Source of the DNA: Planctomycetota bacterium
GTDB taxonomy: Bacteria > Planctomycetota > UBA1135
NCBI GenBank assembly: GCA_022447335.1
Contig: JAKVCF010000001.1
Span: 1 to 49,955, forward strand
Direction: 5' to 3'
Length of the DNA: 49,955 nt
Shown here piece by piece: positions 33,965 to 41,734 of the stretch (position 1 is the first letter of the stretch; each line of letters opens with the position of its first letter). The notes under the pieces were generated by a model. It was not told the origin of the DNA, did no database searches, and was given only the letters and a program-made list of their open reading frames with translations. The translations under genes were made by a program, and so were the position numbers.

Positions 33965-34405
33965 ATGATTCAAGTAGGAACTACTGCGCCAGACTTTCGT
34001 GTATTTGATCACGAGGGCAAGGAGCGCACGCTCAGCGAGTTCGCTGGTAAGCGCCTTGTGCTCTGGTTCTATCCCAAAGCTGACACTCCTGGATGAACGA
34101 AGCAAGGCCAAGGATTCCGTGATCGAATCCAAGACTTTGTCGACCGCGATATCGCGGTGTGTGGCGTTTCTCTCGACTCGGTCGAGGATAATCGCGTATT
34201 TGCTGAGAAATTCAGATTTCCCTTTCCGCTCTTGTGTGACACCACGGGTGCTATGAGCATGGCTTACGGGGCTGCTGCGAGTGCTGAAGATCAGTACGCT
34301 TCGCGCTACACATTTGTGATCGACGCGCACGGCCAAGTGCAGGAATCCATAGATACGAAAGATCCTGGCGGCCAAGCTGCGGATCTACTCGATCGACTTA
34401 TTTGA
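33965..34405 (+). CDS. Bcp/AhpC-TSA-family peroxiredoxin with in-frame UGA (predicted selenocysteine) at the peroxidatic position
   Basis: MIQVGTTAPDFRVFDHEGKERTLSEFAGKRLVLWFYPKADTPG-[TGA 34094..34096]-TKQGQGFRDRIQDFVDRDIAVCGVSLDSVEDNRVFAEKFRFPFPLLCDT...IDAHGQV... The two ORF-track pieces (33500..34096 and 34157..34405) are in the same frame, with no other stop between them. The joined length of 146 aa and the position of U (residue 44) match Bcp. The start is uncertain, with in-frame ATGs also at 33905 and 33920. Confidence 0.7.
34103..34139 (+). promoter_or_regulatory. SECIS-like stem-loop downstream of the UGA
   Basis: The upper stem GGATTC (34112..34117) pairs with GAATCC (34125..34130) around the 7-nt loop CGTGATC, which contains GU. 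The lower imperfect stem pairs 34103..34109 with 34133..34139 (C-G, A-U, A-U, G-U, G-C, mismatch, C-G), separated from the upper stem by an AA/AA internal loop. The loop begins 21 nt after the UGA. Confidence 0.5.
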
Positions 34406-34423
34406 CCACCGGAGAGCGTAGTT

Positions 34424-35533
34424 CTACCTATTGGCTCCGGTCGCGCTGGGCTCAGTCTTTGGGGCGGCGGGGAGACGGCCACGTTGAGTAGGTAGGTCCA
34501 CCTGGGGTCGGAAGAGCGCTTCGGCGCCTCGCTTCTTATTGCCGAGTGCGGCGCGTATAGCTTCTTTCCGGCTACTTTCACTTTCCGGCACACCGTCGAG
34601 GTCAAAGCCGAATTCTTGCACGACGAGTAGGCAGATGAATTGACCGGTTTTGGTTTCGATCGGGATGAATACGTCGCGTCCGGCTAGCCAATGGAAGTCT
34701 TTGTTCTTCTTGAGATAGATCTCATTCATAAGAAGTCCGTCCGGGCGTAAAGACATGCGCACTCGGTTATCTCCGCCGTAGTTGCTGAAGGGGAAGGGGA
34801 GGTCCGACAGAATGCGAAAAATTTGAGCGCGATATCTATCCCCATTCGGTGCGGTCGCTCGCACTCGGCTCTCCGCTGGGATCTCAACAACTTCAAACCG
34901 GTTGCCTGGCTGATCGAAGTAGCTGGAGCAATCGTCTTCAGCGGCAGACCAAGATTCAAGATCGGCGAAGACTAAAGTGGCTGCGCGCAGAACTGTGTCT
35001 TCTCCGCCGCGCTTGCGCCAGAGCTCGGAGCGATCCTTATTGTCTGTGAGCTGCCAATTTGCAAGGTGAAGGATGCCATCATCGTGCATGTTGTTTTGAG
35101 GGGCCCACTTGCGGTGGAATAGGCCGGCATCGCAGAGTAGCTCGTCGAGATTGCGGCGCTCAGACTTACTGAGCCCAGGTAGTTGTTTTTCGCGTTCGTC
35201 GAGTCGCTTGAGTAGGAGTTTGGTGTCGGTGCGGAAAGGGGCTAGCTCGAGGATGAGGTCGGCGAGATAGGTTGGCTCGTGTTTAGGGCCAGGTTTTTGG
35301 CCCGGTGACAGGTTGAGGTCGCGCGTCGCGAACTCTTGGAACCAAGCCACAAGGTCAATGGGGAGGTTGCCCACTTCCTTTTGTGTTGGTATGGGTAAGG
35401 ACCAATCCGGATCGAAGTGCAGTTCGCAGAATTCTTTCCAGCTAACTTCGCGATGGAGAGTTGATGGGCTCGTGTTGTGGTCTACTGAGCCTTGAGTTGC
35501 GAGCAGAAGTAGCAAGCCGGATAGCATCATCAT
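34424..35533 (-). CDS. Secreted hypothetical protein
   Basis: Long ORF with N-terminal signal MMMLSGLLLLLATQGS. No motif recognised. Its codon composition differs by eye from the GC-rich neighbours. Confidence 0.45.
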   Translation of the reverse strand: MMMLSGLLLLLATQGSVDHNTSPSTLHREVSWKEFCELHFDPDWSLPIPTQKEVGNLPIDLVAWFQEFATRDLNLSPGQKPGPKHEPTYLADLILELAPFRTDTKLLLKRLDEREKQLPGLSKSERRNLDELLCDAGLFHRKWAPQNNMHDDGILHLANWQLTDNKDRSELWRKRGGEDTVLRAATLVFADLESWSAAEDDCSSYFDQPGNRFEVVEIPAESRVRATAPNGDRYRAQIFRILSDLPFPFSNYGGDNRVRMSLRPDGLLMNEIYLKKNKDFHWLAGRDVFIPIETKTGQFICLLVVQEFGFDLDGVPESESSRKEAIRAALGNKKRGAEALFRPQVDLPTQRGRLPAAPKTEPSATGANR

Positions 35534-35580
35534 CTTTTAGTTGAAGGCGGGTGAATTCCAAAGTCCGGTTAGGATGGGGT

Positions 35581-36711
35581 ATGCACACTTGGGCAAAGGG
35601 TTTGCTGATCGTGACCAGTCTCTTCTGGTGTAGGTCGGAGTTGCAGGCTGGGAATCCTGGGTTGGCCTTGCAGGAGCCAGAAGACGCCGCTGAGGTCGAT
35701 CAGGCGGTCCGTATCCTCAAGGCCCGCAAGCTGTCTTGGGACGAAAAGGCGGAGGCTATGGACACGCTTCTTGCGGCGGGCTTGGGGGGCTGTGGAGAAC
35801 TTGCGAGCCATTTGGCGAAGTCCTGTCAGAGTTTGGATGCTTCCTTTCATAAGAGCTGGACGCGTTTAGAGCGAGATTTTGCGAAGGAGGCGAGCGAAAT
35901 CGCCGAGGGTCGTCTCAATAAGGCTGCGATGAAGCAAGTCGAAGAATTGCGGAAGACATGGCTAGCGGCCAGTCGCATGGCGTCTTTGACCAAGGGGCAG
36001 GTGCAAGAGGTATGTGACTCTGCACACGCAGAGCTTAAAACCTTACTTGATGTTTCAGTAGTTCATGTTTGGAGCGCATCCCCCAAGCTCGAAGCTCGTT
36101 GGACTGATCTGGTTCTTCGGCTCGATGATCAGATCTTTTTGTATGACTATTGGGCTGCTGCACGAGAGCAGCTGCTTGAGGCGGGGGGGGCATGGGCCCG
36201 CAAGTCCTATGTGAAGAAGGATCTTCCGGACCCACTTCTCTATGAGCGCCGTATTTTGGCCGCCCTGGATCGTGCGGCTCGCCTTGCGACAGTAATGCCC
36301 GAAAAGGACCGGAAGACGATTCTGGCGAATGAAGCCGATTTAGCGCAGCTGGAAGCTGAAGAGGCTGCAGGGATTTTGGAGCTCAATCGCATCCGGGTGC
36401 GCGCGGGGCTTTCTGCGTTGCGCGTGGACCTGAAGTTGTGCGATGCCGGGCGCGGTCATTCTAAGGACATGGTCGAACACCATTTTTTTGCGCACGAATC
36501 TCCCTTGCCCGGCAAGAAGTCACCCAGTGATCGCGCGGCGCTCGCAGGGACTAGTGGAGGGGCGGAGAATATCGCTGCTGGTCAGAGCTCGGGCCATGCG
36601 GCCATTCGCGCTTGGTGGTATAGCCCGGGTCACCACCGAAACATGATGGCCAACCATGGGCGAATTGGCCTAGGTCGGCACCAGAATCACTGGACCCAGA
36701 TGTTCGGTTAG
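35581..36711 (+). CDS. Secreted protein with C-terminal CAP/SCP (YkwD-like) domain
   Basis: The C-terminus HSKDMVEHHFFAHESP...GAENIAAGQSSGHAAIRAWWYSPGHHRNMM matches the CAP-domain pattern. I prefer the ATG at 35581 (MHTWAKGLLIVTSLFWC signal) over the GTG at 35551, which would leave only 17 nt to the divergent gene. Confidence 0.6.
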   Translation: MHTWAKGLLIVTSLFWCRSELQAGNPGLALQEPEDAAEVDQAVRILKARKLSWDEKAEAMDTLLAAGLGGCGELASHLAKSCQSLDASFHKSWTRLERDFAKEASEIAEGRLNKAAMKQVEELRKTWLAASRMASLTKGQVQEVCDSAHAELKTLLDVSVVHVWSASPKLEARWTDLVLRLDDQIFLYDYWAAAREQLLEAGGAWARKSYVKKDLPDPLLYERRILAALDRAARLATVMPEKDRKTILANEADLAQLEAEEAAGILELNRIRVRAGLSALRVDLKLCDAGRGHSKDMVEHHFFAHESPLPGKKSPSDRAALAGTSGGAENIAAGQSSGHAAIRAWWYSPGHHRNMMANHGRIGLGRHQNHWTQMFG

Positions 36712-37880
36712 AAGGTGTCGAGCAAGGCGTCGCGCTCACGCAGCCGCTCGACTAGTCGTTCGCCCAGCGCATGTGCAGGGGTCAAGAGGCCGGCGTCGCG
36801 CGCCTCGCCTGCGCAGAGGGCAAGTCCGATTTGCGCTAGACATCGCACCGTCACGGTATTGCCTGGATCCCCGGGGAAGAACCAATCGACTCGGGCGTCG
36901 GGCTGAGCAAGATTCCCAGCGAGCACAGTAAGTTCGACAAAGCCATTGGTGCGAGTTTGCTCAGAAGGGCCTGTGCCAGGTGTGGGTCCAAACCGCTGCA
37001 TGATTTTGCGCCCGAGTGGCTTGCGCAGCGCCCAATCGCCGACCTTCATGCCGAATGCAATTTGCTTCGCTTTGTTGAGGTCGGAGGTGCGCATGAATTC
37101 GGAGTAACTGAAATCATTGCCGTAGCTGCGGCCTGCAGCGTCTGAGAGAGCGGCGGATCGTCGTATGACGCGCTCGTTGACGGGAGCCATGATGAAGGGG
37201 GCCGCGTAGCCATTAAGTGCCGGGATGGAGAAGGTTTCCTTCCTCGAGGGGGGCTGCGCTCGGTATTCCCAGGATTGTTGGGGGTCTGGGTCGAGTAAGA
37301 ATGGGTGAGCGAGATCTTCGGGTTCGTAGCGAGTGGACTGAGCGATGCCAGTCGCCAGCGTTCCGCCGTTAAGCCCACCTTTCAAGCGATAGAAGCCAGC
37401 CAAGTCGTTGACCGGGAGGTTCTTTTGTTGGAGTTCGCGTACCAAGGTGAGCACGGCCAGATCGGAGGGGACGGAGTCAAAGCCCGAGGCGGGAAGAAGC
37501 GCTGCCCCCGTGCGGCGTGCAATGGCATCGTGGGATTGAATCATTTCCCACATCCAGCCGAGTTCGCCAGATAGGTCGGCGTAGTGCGTGCCCGAGGCGG
37601 CGCATGCCGCCAAGAGCGGGGTGCCATACAGCTGATATGGGCCAGCACAGCTGAGCACAACACGGGTTCGCGCGACCAGTCGTTCGCATGCAGCCGGGTC
37701 AGTGCTGTCGGTGACGATGGAGGTTGCTCCCAGTTGTCCGCCGAGCGCTTGAAGCTTGGGTTCGGAGCGGCCACTAATGGCCCACCGCAGCCCTGAGTCG
37801 GCAGTCCGTGCGATCTCCTTTGCGGCGAGCTGGCCGGTGAAGCCAGTCGCTCCGTGCAGGACGAGGTCGAATTCGGTCAT
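36708..37880 (-). CDS. Saccharopine-dehydrogenase-like NAD(P)-binding protein (trans-acting enoyl-reductase-like)
   Basis: N-terminal LVLHGATGFTGQLAAKE Rossmann motif. The 390-aa length and overall layout are typical of the family. Confidence 0.75.
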   Translation of the reverse strand: MTEFDLVLHGATGFTGQLAAKEIARTADSGLRWAISGRSEPKLQALGGQLGATSIVTDSTDPAACERLVARTRVVLSCAGPYQLYGTPLLAACAASGTHYADLSGELGWMWEMIQSHDAIARRTGAALLPASGFDSVPSDLAVLTLVRELQQKNLPVNDLAGFYRLKGGLNGGTLATGIAQSTRYEPEDLAHPFLLDPDPQQSWEYRAQPPSRKETFSIPALNGYAAPFIMAPVNERVIRRSAALSDAAGRSYGNDFSYSEFMRTSDLNKAKQIAFGMKVGDWALRKPLGRKIMQRFGPTPGTGPSEQTRTNGFVELTVLAGNLAQPDARVDWFFPGDPGNTVTVRCLAQIGLALCAGEARDAGLLTPAHALGERLVERLRERDALLDTF

Positions 37881-38025
37881 GATGCGAGGTGCTTAGGTGA
37901 AGATAGAGACCCTCTGATAGGCTGATCCTATGAGTAATCCCGCCGGGTATTGGGAAATCTGAACTTTTCAACTACAAGAAGTTCCAGAGTTCGCTCAGAG
38001 AGTCTTTGGCGGCACCTGATGTGAC

Positions 38026-39267
38026 ATGACTTGTGTGAGTAGCGTGCGTTTCCTCAGTCTGATGATTTGGGTCCTTGGTTTTACGGCCGAGGCCTGGTCG
38101 CAACAGGGCGCGGATTCCGTAGTCCATACGAACGATAATCTTGTTGTTCAAGAAGGGGGTATCCCTCTGATTTTGAGCGCGCCTCATGGAGGCGCTAGAT
38201 TTCCGAATGAGTGGCAGGTCCGTGCGACGGGGGTCAAGGTTCGCGACACGAACACCTTCGAGATAGCCCTTGCCTTGCGTGATGCAATTCGTCGGCGAGT
38301 TGGCACGCCTCCGCATCTGATTGCCAGTCGGGTGCATCGGCGCCATTTGGACCTTAATAGAGATCGGCAGGATTCGGGAGCTGAACTTGGCAAGGAACAA
38401 CTTCGCCTCTGGCAGGGCTATCACGAGGAGATTGAAAATGCGACACAGGCTGCACTTAAACAAGGAGGGGGTCATGCTCTGCTAATCGATCTTCATGGTC
38501 ATGGTCATGATCATGGTCTGATAGAGCTCGGTTTCGCGATATCTGCGGAGGAGCTTCGGCGCGAGCCCTCTCAGTTAAATGACGAGGATTGGGTGCGGGG
38601 ATCGATGAGTTTAGGGGCGCGCTTAGATGCTTTAGGTTGGAAGTCAGTGCCCAGTCCGGCTCGTCCTGCGCCGAAGATCGGCCAAGCCTATTTCACCGGA
38701 GGTTACACGGTGCGTAGGCACCGTGGGGATGGCCTACGGTCGATTCAGATTGAGCTTCCACCAAAGCCACGCAGGTCAGGGGCAGAAGTTAGGCAGCCTT
38801 TGGTTGAAGGTCTGGCCGACGCCCTCTTGGGGTTGCTAGTGAAGGAGTTCGCTCTCCCTCCTATTCCTTTGGATCCCATGTCTACTCAGGGAGGTGCCCT
38901 TTGGGGGCCAGGTCAGCACCCCTGGTCAGAGCCGAAGTCGCAAAGCTTGAGCCGAGTTGCAAAGGATCTGCCGTGGTTTGTGGGCGTATATGGCATTCCG
39001 ATCTTGGCTGGGCCCGACCTTGTTCAAGAGGAGTTGAGGCAAGGGGCGAGCAAAATCGTGAAGTACCTAGATCAGAACTCCGACCGTTTATTGGACGACG
39101 TGCGATTGGTGGACCGATTGCGCAGTTCTGGTTTTGGGATAGTCCTTTATCGTCGTCATGCTCCTGTGCTCGCTGATACTCGGCCGTGGAATCAGTTGGA
39201 GTTGATCCAGGTGGAGGATCTCGACGCGTGGCTCAGTCGAGGTGCTCTCAATGAGCGACATTATTAA
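38026..39267 (+). CDS. Secreted N-formylglutamate-amidohydrolase (FGase, PF05013-like) family domain protein with about 160-aa C-terminal extension
   Basis: Signal peptide FLSLMIWVLGFTAEAWSQ. LILSAPHGG, SRVHRRHLDLNRD (compare the family S-R-x-x-x-D-x-N-R motif) and ALLIDLHGHG. The assignment is tentative. Confidence 0.45.
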   Translation: MTCVSSVRFLSLMIWVLGFTAEAWSQQGADSVVHTNDNLVVQEGGIPLILSAPHGGARFPNEWQVRATGVKVRDTNTFEIALALRDAIRRRVGTPPHLIASRVHRRHLDLNRDRQDSGAELGKEQLRLWQGYHEEIENATQAALKQGGGHALLIDLHGHGHDHGLIELGFAISAEELRREPSQLNDEDWVRGSMSLGARLDALGWKSVPSPARPAPKIGQAYFTGGYTVRRHRGDGLRSIQIELPPKPRRSGAEVRQPLVEGLADALLGLLVKEFALPPIPLDPMSTQGGALWGPGQHPWSEPKSQSLSRVAKDLPWFVGVYGIPILAGPDLVQEELRQGASKIVKYLDQNSDRLLDDVRLVDRLRSSGFGIVLYRRHAPVLADTRPWNQLELIQVEDLDAWLSRGALNERHY

Positions 39268-39320
39268 GTGGTGGCTGCGCGGTCATCATTTACGACGAGT
39301 TCAAGCTAGAATCTTCGACG

Positions 39321-40691
39321 ATGCAAGTGCGCGATGCGATGAACTCAGGGTTCTTGGTGGCCATGTTTGGTTTGGTGACCCCTTCACTTATTGCTCAAGA
39401 TCCGGCTCCGGTTGTCAAGGAGCCGTCGTCTAAAGATTGGAGGCCCGCTGCTCGCACGGAAGTCGTTGAGCCGCATCGAACGCGAAATCTTGACTTAGAT
39501 GGCAAGGCCCGTGAGCGCAGGCAAGGGGGAAGCCCACGGACAAAGTCTGGGCTGCTCGTATTCGATGGGGCAAACGACGGATATCGTCAGGTCGACCCAC
39601 AGGTTGCAGTCGGTGGTGGGTACGTTTTTACCGGGACTAACTCCGGATTTATTGTCTACTCCAAGGAAGGAGAATATGTCCGGGGCGTGAGGCAGAATGT
39701 TTTCCGAGGAGGAATCGATCCGAAAATATTCTTTGACCCTAACAACCGCGTCTTTGGCTTTGATCTTTGGGTGTACTGGGATGATGCCAAGCAGAAGCCA
39801 GTGCAGATTTCGATGTCTGAGACAGAGGATCCTCGCGCGGCTTGGAATACCTATTCCGTCCCTGCTCCAGGCGGTGTAGACGGCGGTGCGATTGGATGTA
39901 GCAGGGCTTGGGTGGGATATAGCTTCCCAGGGGGAAAGGAGCGCACCTTTGTTTTGCGAAGCGCGGAACTCAAGTCTGGCAAGCCCGCTAAGGTCTGGCA
40001 TTTTGACGGCAGCTTGGGCCATCCAGTGTTGGGGCAGGATCCCGAAGACGCGCTCTATTTCCTGCAGGTGACAGACAAGTCCTTTGTAGTGCGACGCGTT
40101 GTCGAGCGCGATGGGGAGGCTGTTGCCGAAGAGGTGGGGAGTGCCGATCACGGCCTAACCTCGATCGGATTCCCGCCCCCTTCGCCACAGAAGGGGACCG
40201 ATCAACTTACGGCATCGGGAGACCGGAACCCCAAGAACGTTGTCCTGCAAGGGGGCTATCTATGGTTTTCACAGACGGTCCGCCATCAAGGTCGGGCCGC
40301 AGTTCAATGGCATCAAATCCGCAAGGACGGGAGCATCGTTCAGACGGGTCTTCTATCCAGTGAATCCTCTAGTTACATTCAAACTAGTTTGGCAGTGAAT
40401 CGCAATTTGGATGTACTAGTTGGCTTTCAAGAGACAAGTTCGGACATGTTTATTAGCCCTCGCTGCGCCTGGCGCCGCGCTTCGGATTCTCCAGGCACGC
40501 TGCGCGAGATTGTTTCTTTGGGGGAGGGAAAGGGGCCGACGGACGGGAGGTCTTGGGGCGACTACAGCGGAAGCTGCATGGATGGCGACGATGGTCGAAC
40601 CTTATGGACAGTTCAGTCGATTACCTCTAGCGAAGGTAAGGGGCATACGGTGGTTGCACGCGTCGAGTTCCCCGAGGCAGGGGGCGAATAA
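39321..40691 (+). CDS. Secreted hypothetical protein (beta-propeller-like, sialidase-fold-like guess)
   Basis: Signal peptide FLVAMFGLVTPSLIAQ. Beta-rich sequence ending with a RSWGDYSG...DG.TLW motif often seen at propeller blade closures. No catalytic call possible. Confidence 0.4.
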   Translation: MQVRDAMNSGFLVAMFGLVTPSLIAQDPAPVVKEPSSKDWRPAARTEVVEPHRTRNLDLDGKARERRQGGSPRTKSGLLVFDGANDGYRQVDPQVAVGGGYVFTGTNSGFIVYSKEGEYVRGVRQNVFRGGIDPKIFFDPNNRVFGFDLWVYWDDAKQKPVQISMSETEDPRAAWNTYSVPAPGGVDGGAIGCSRAWVGYSFPGGKERTFVLRSAELKSGKPAKVWHFDGSLGHPVLGQDPEDALYFLQVTDKSFVVRRVVERDGEAVAEEVGSADHGLTSIGFPPPSPQKGTDQLTASGDRNPKNVVLQGGYLWFSQTVRHQGRAAVQWHQIRKDGSIVQTGLLSSESSSYIQTSLAVNRNLDVLVGFQETSSDMFISPRCAWRRASDSPGTLREIVSLGEGKGPTDGRSWGDYSGSCMDGDDGRTLWTVQSITSSEGKGHTVVARVEFPEAGGE

Positions 40692-40692
40692 G

Positions 40693-41697
40693 GTGCGGGA
40701 GGCGTGCCTTCTGTGCCGCGGGCTTCTGCTTGCCGCCCTCGCTTCTTGCGTTCATATTCCCCAGGAGCTCGAGGCGCAAATTTCAATCGTAGTTGAAGGG
40801 GTCTCGCCGACTACCTGCGAGCAAGAGTTACGTTCGTTTCAAGGGCTGGGCTTGCGAATGGCTCGGGATGCGGGGCAGTCGGAAAAGGCCCTGCGCTATC
40901 TTGAGCAGCGCATGCAGGGCATGGGATACGCGACCTATCGCGAGTCTGCTGGATCTTTTTTGAATGTCGAACAGTGGAACCTTTTTGCGGAGATTTCTGG
41001 CACGGTCGATCCCAAAGTGATCTGTGAGATTGGAGCTCACTACGACACCGTTGAGGAATCACCAGGCGCAGATGACAACGGTTCGGGTGTAGCTGGAATT
41101 TTGCAGGTTGCAAAGGCGCTGCAAGGGTATTCCCCGGAGCGCACAATTCGTTTCTGCTTTTTTGCCGCGGAAGAGGTTGGGATTCTTGGAAGTGCGGCAC
41201 ATGTTGCTTTGGTGTTGGAGCGTGAGCAAGAGGAGGTTGATGGCCTCCTTAATCTCGAGATGATTGGATACATGTCAAAAGCCCCGGATAGCCAGGGTGC
41301 CCCCATTCGCATTCCGATCCTTGCATCGCTTCCGAGCACGGGGGATTTTATTTTAGTTGCAGGTAACTTCTTTTCAGGAAGGCTTGGCAATATCTTCGAA
41401 ACCTGTGTCGATCGCTTCGTTCCCGATCTCAAGTACTACAGCGCTAATCGCATCGCGGGGTGCTTTTCTGATGCCGCACGGAGTGATCACTCAAGTTATT
41501 GGCAGGCTGGTCTGCGCGGCGTCATGGTTTCAGATACGGCAAACTTTCGAAATCCAAACTACCATCAGAGCACAGACACTATCGAGACCATCGATTTTGA
41601 GTTCATGGCCAAGGTCAGTCGTGCTGCTGTGGCGACCATGATGGTGTGGGCGGGGTGGGCTGGCACGCCGGCTTTAGAGGTCGGTCAAGAGCCATAG
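40693..41697 (+). CDS. M28-family zinc aminopeptidase, lipoprotein
   Basis: Contains HYDTVEESPGADDNGSGVAGILQVAKAL, FCFFAAEEVGILGSAAH and SDHSSYW. The GTG at 40693 gives the lipobox LLLAALASC. The longer ORF-track N-terminus (40420..) overlaps the preceding gene and is discarded. Confidence 0.8.
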   Translation: MREACLLCRGLLLAALASCVHIPQELEAQISIVVEGVSPTTCEQELRSFQGLGLRMARDAGQSEKALRYLEQRMQGMGYATYRESAGSFLNVEQWNLFAEISGTVDPKVICEIGAHYDTVEESPGADDNGSGVAGILQVAKALQGYSPERTIRFCFFAAEEVGILGSAAHVALVLEREQEEVDGLLNLEMIGYMSKAPDSQGAPIRIPILASLPSTGDFILVAGNFFSGRLGNIFETCVDRFVPDLKYYSANRIAGCFSDAARSDHSSYWQAGLRGVMVSDTANFRNPNYHQSTDTIETIDFEFMAKVSRAAVATMMVWAGWAGTPALEVGQEP

Positions 41698-41734
41698 CTG
41701 CAGAATGGTCGCCAGATCTGCCTAGAATGGCCTC

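Noticed and set aside
37972-38475. The 167-aa minus-strand ORF spanning the 37881..38025 intergenic region and the 5' end of the FGase-like gene.
   Set aside because: It overlaps a better-supported plus-strand gene. It has no motifs and an odd composition, so it is a likely spurious ORF.
38026-39267. Calling this gene hutG (N-formylglutamate amidohydrolase) to complete the Hut pathway.
   Set aside because: It carries a signal peptide and an extra C-terminal domain. It lies 25 kb from hutU among exported proteins. Only a family-level similarity can be claimed.
40420-40692. The ORF-track N-terminal extension of the M28 peptidase gene.
   Set aside because: It overlaps the end of the preceding secreted-protein gene (39321..40691) in another frame. 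A GTG at 40693 yields a canonical lipoprotein signal immediately.
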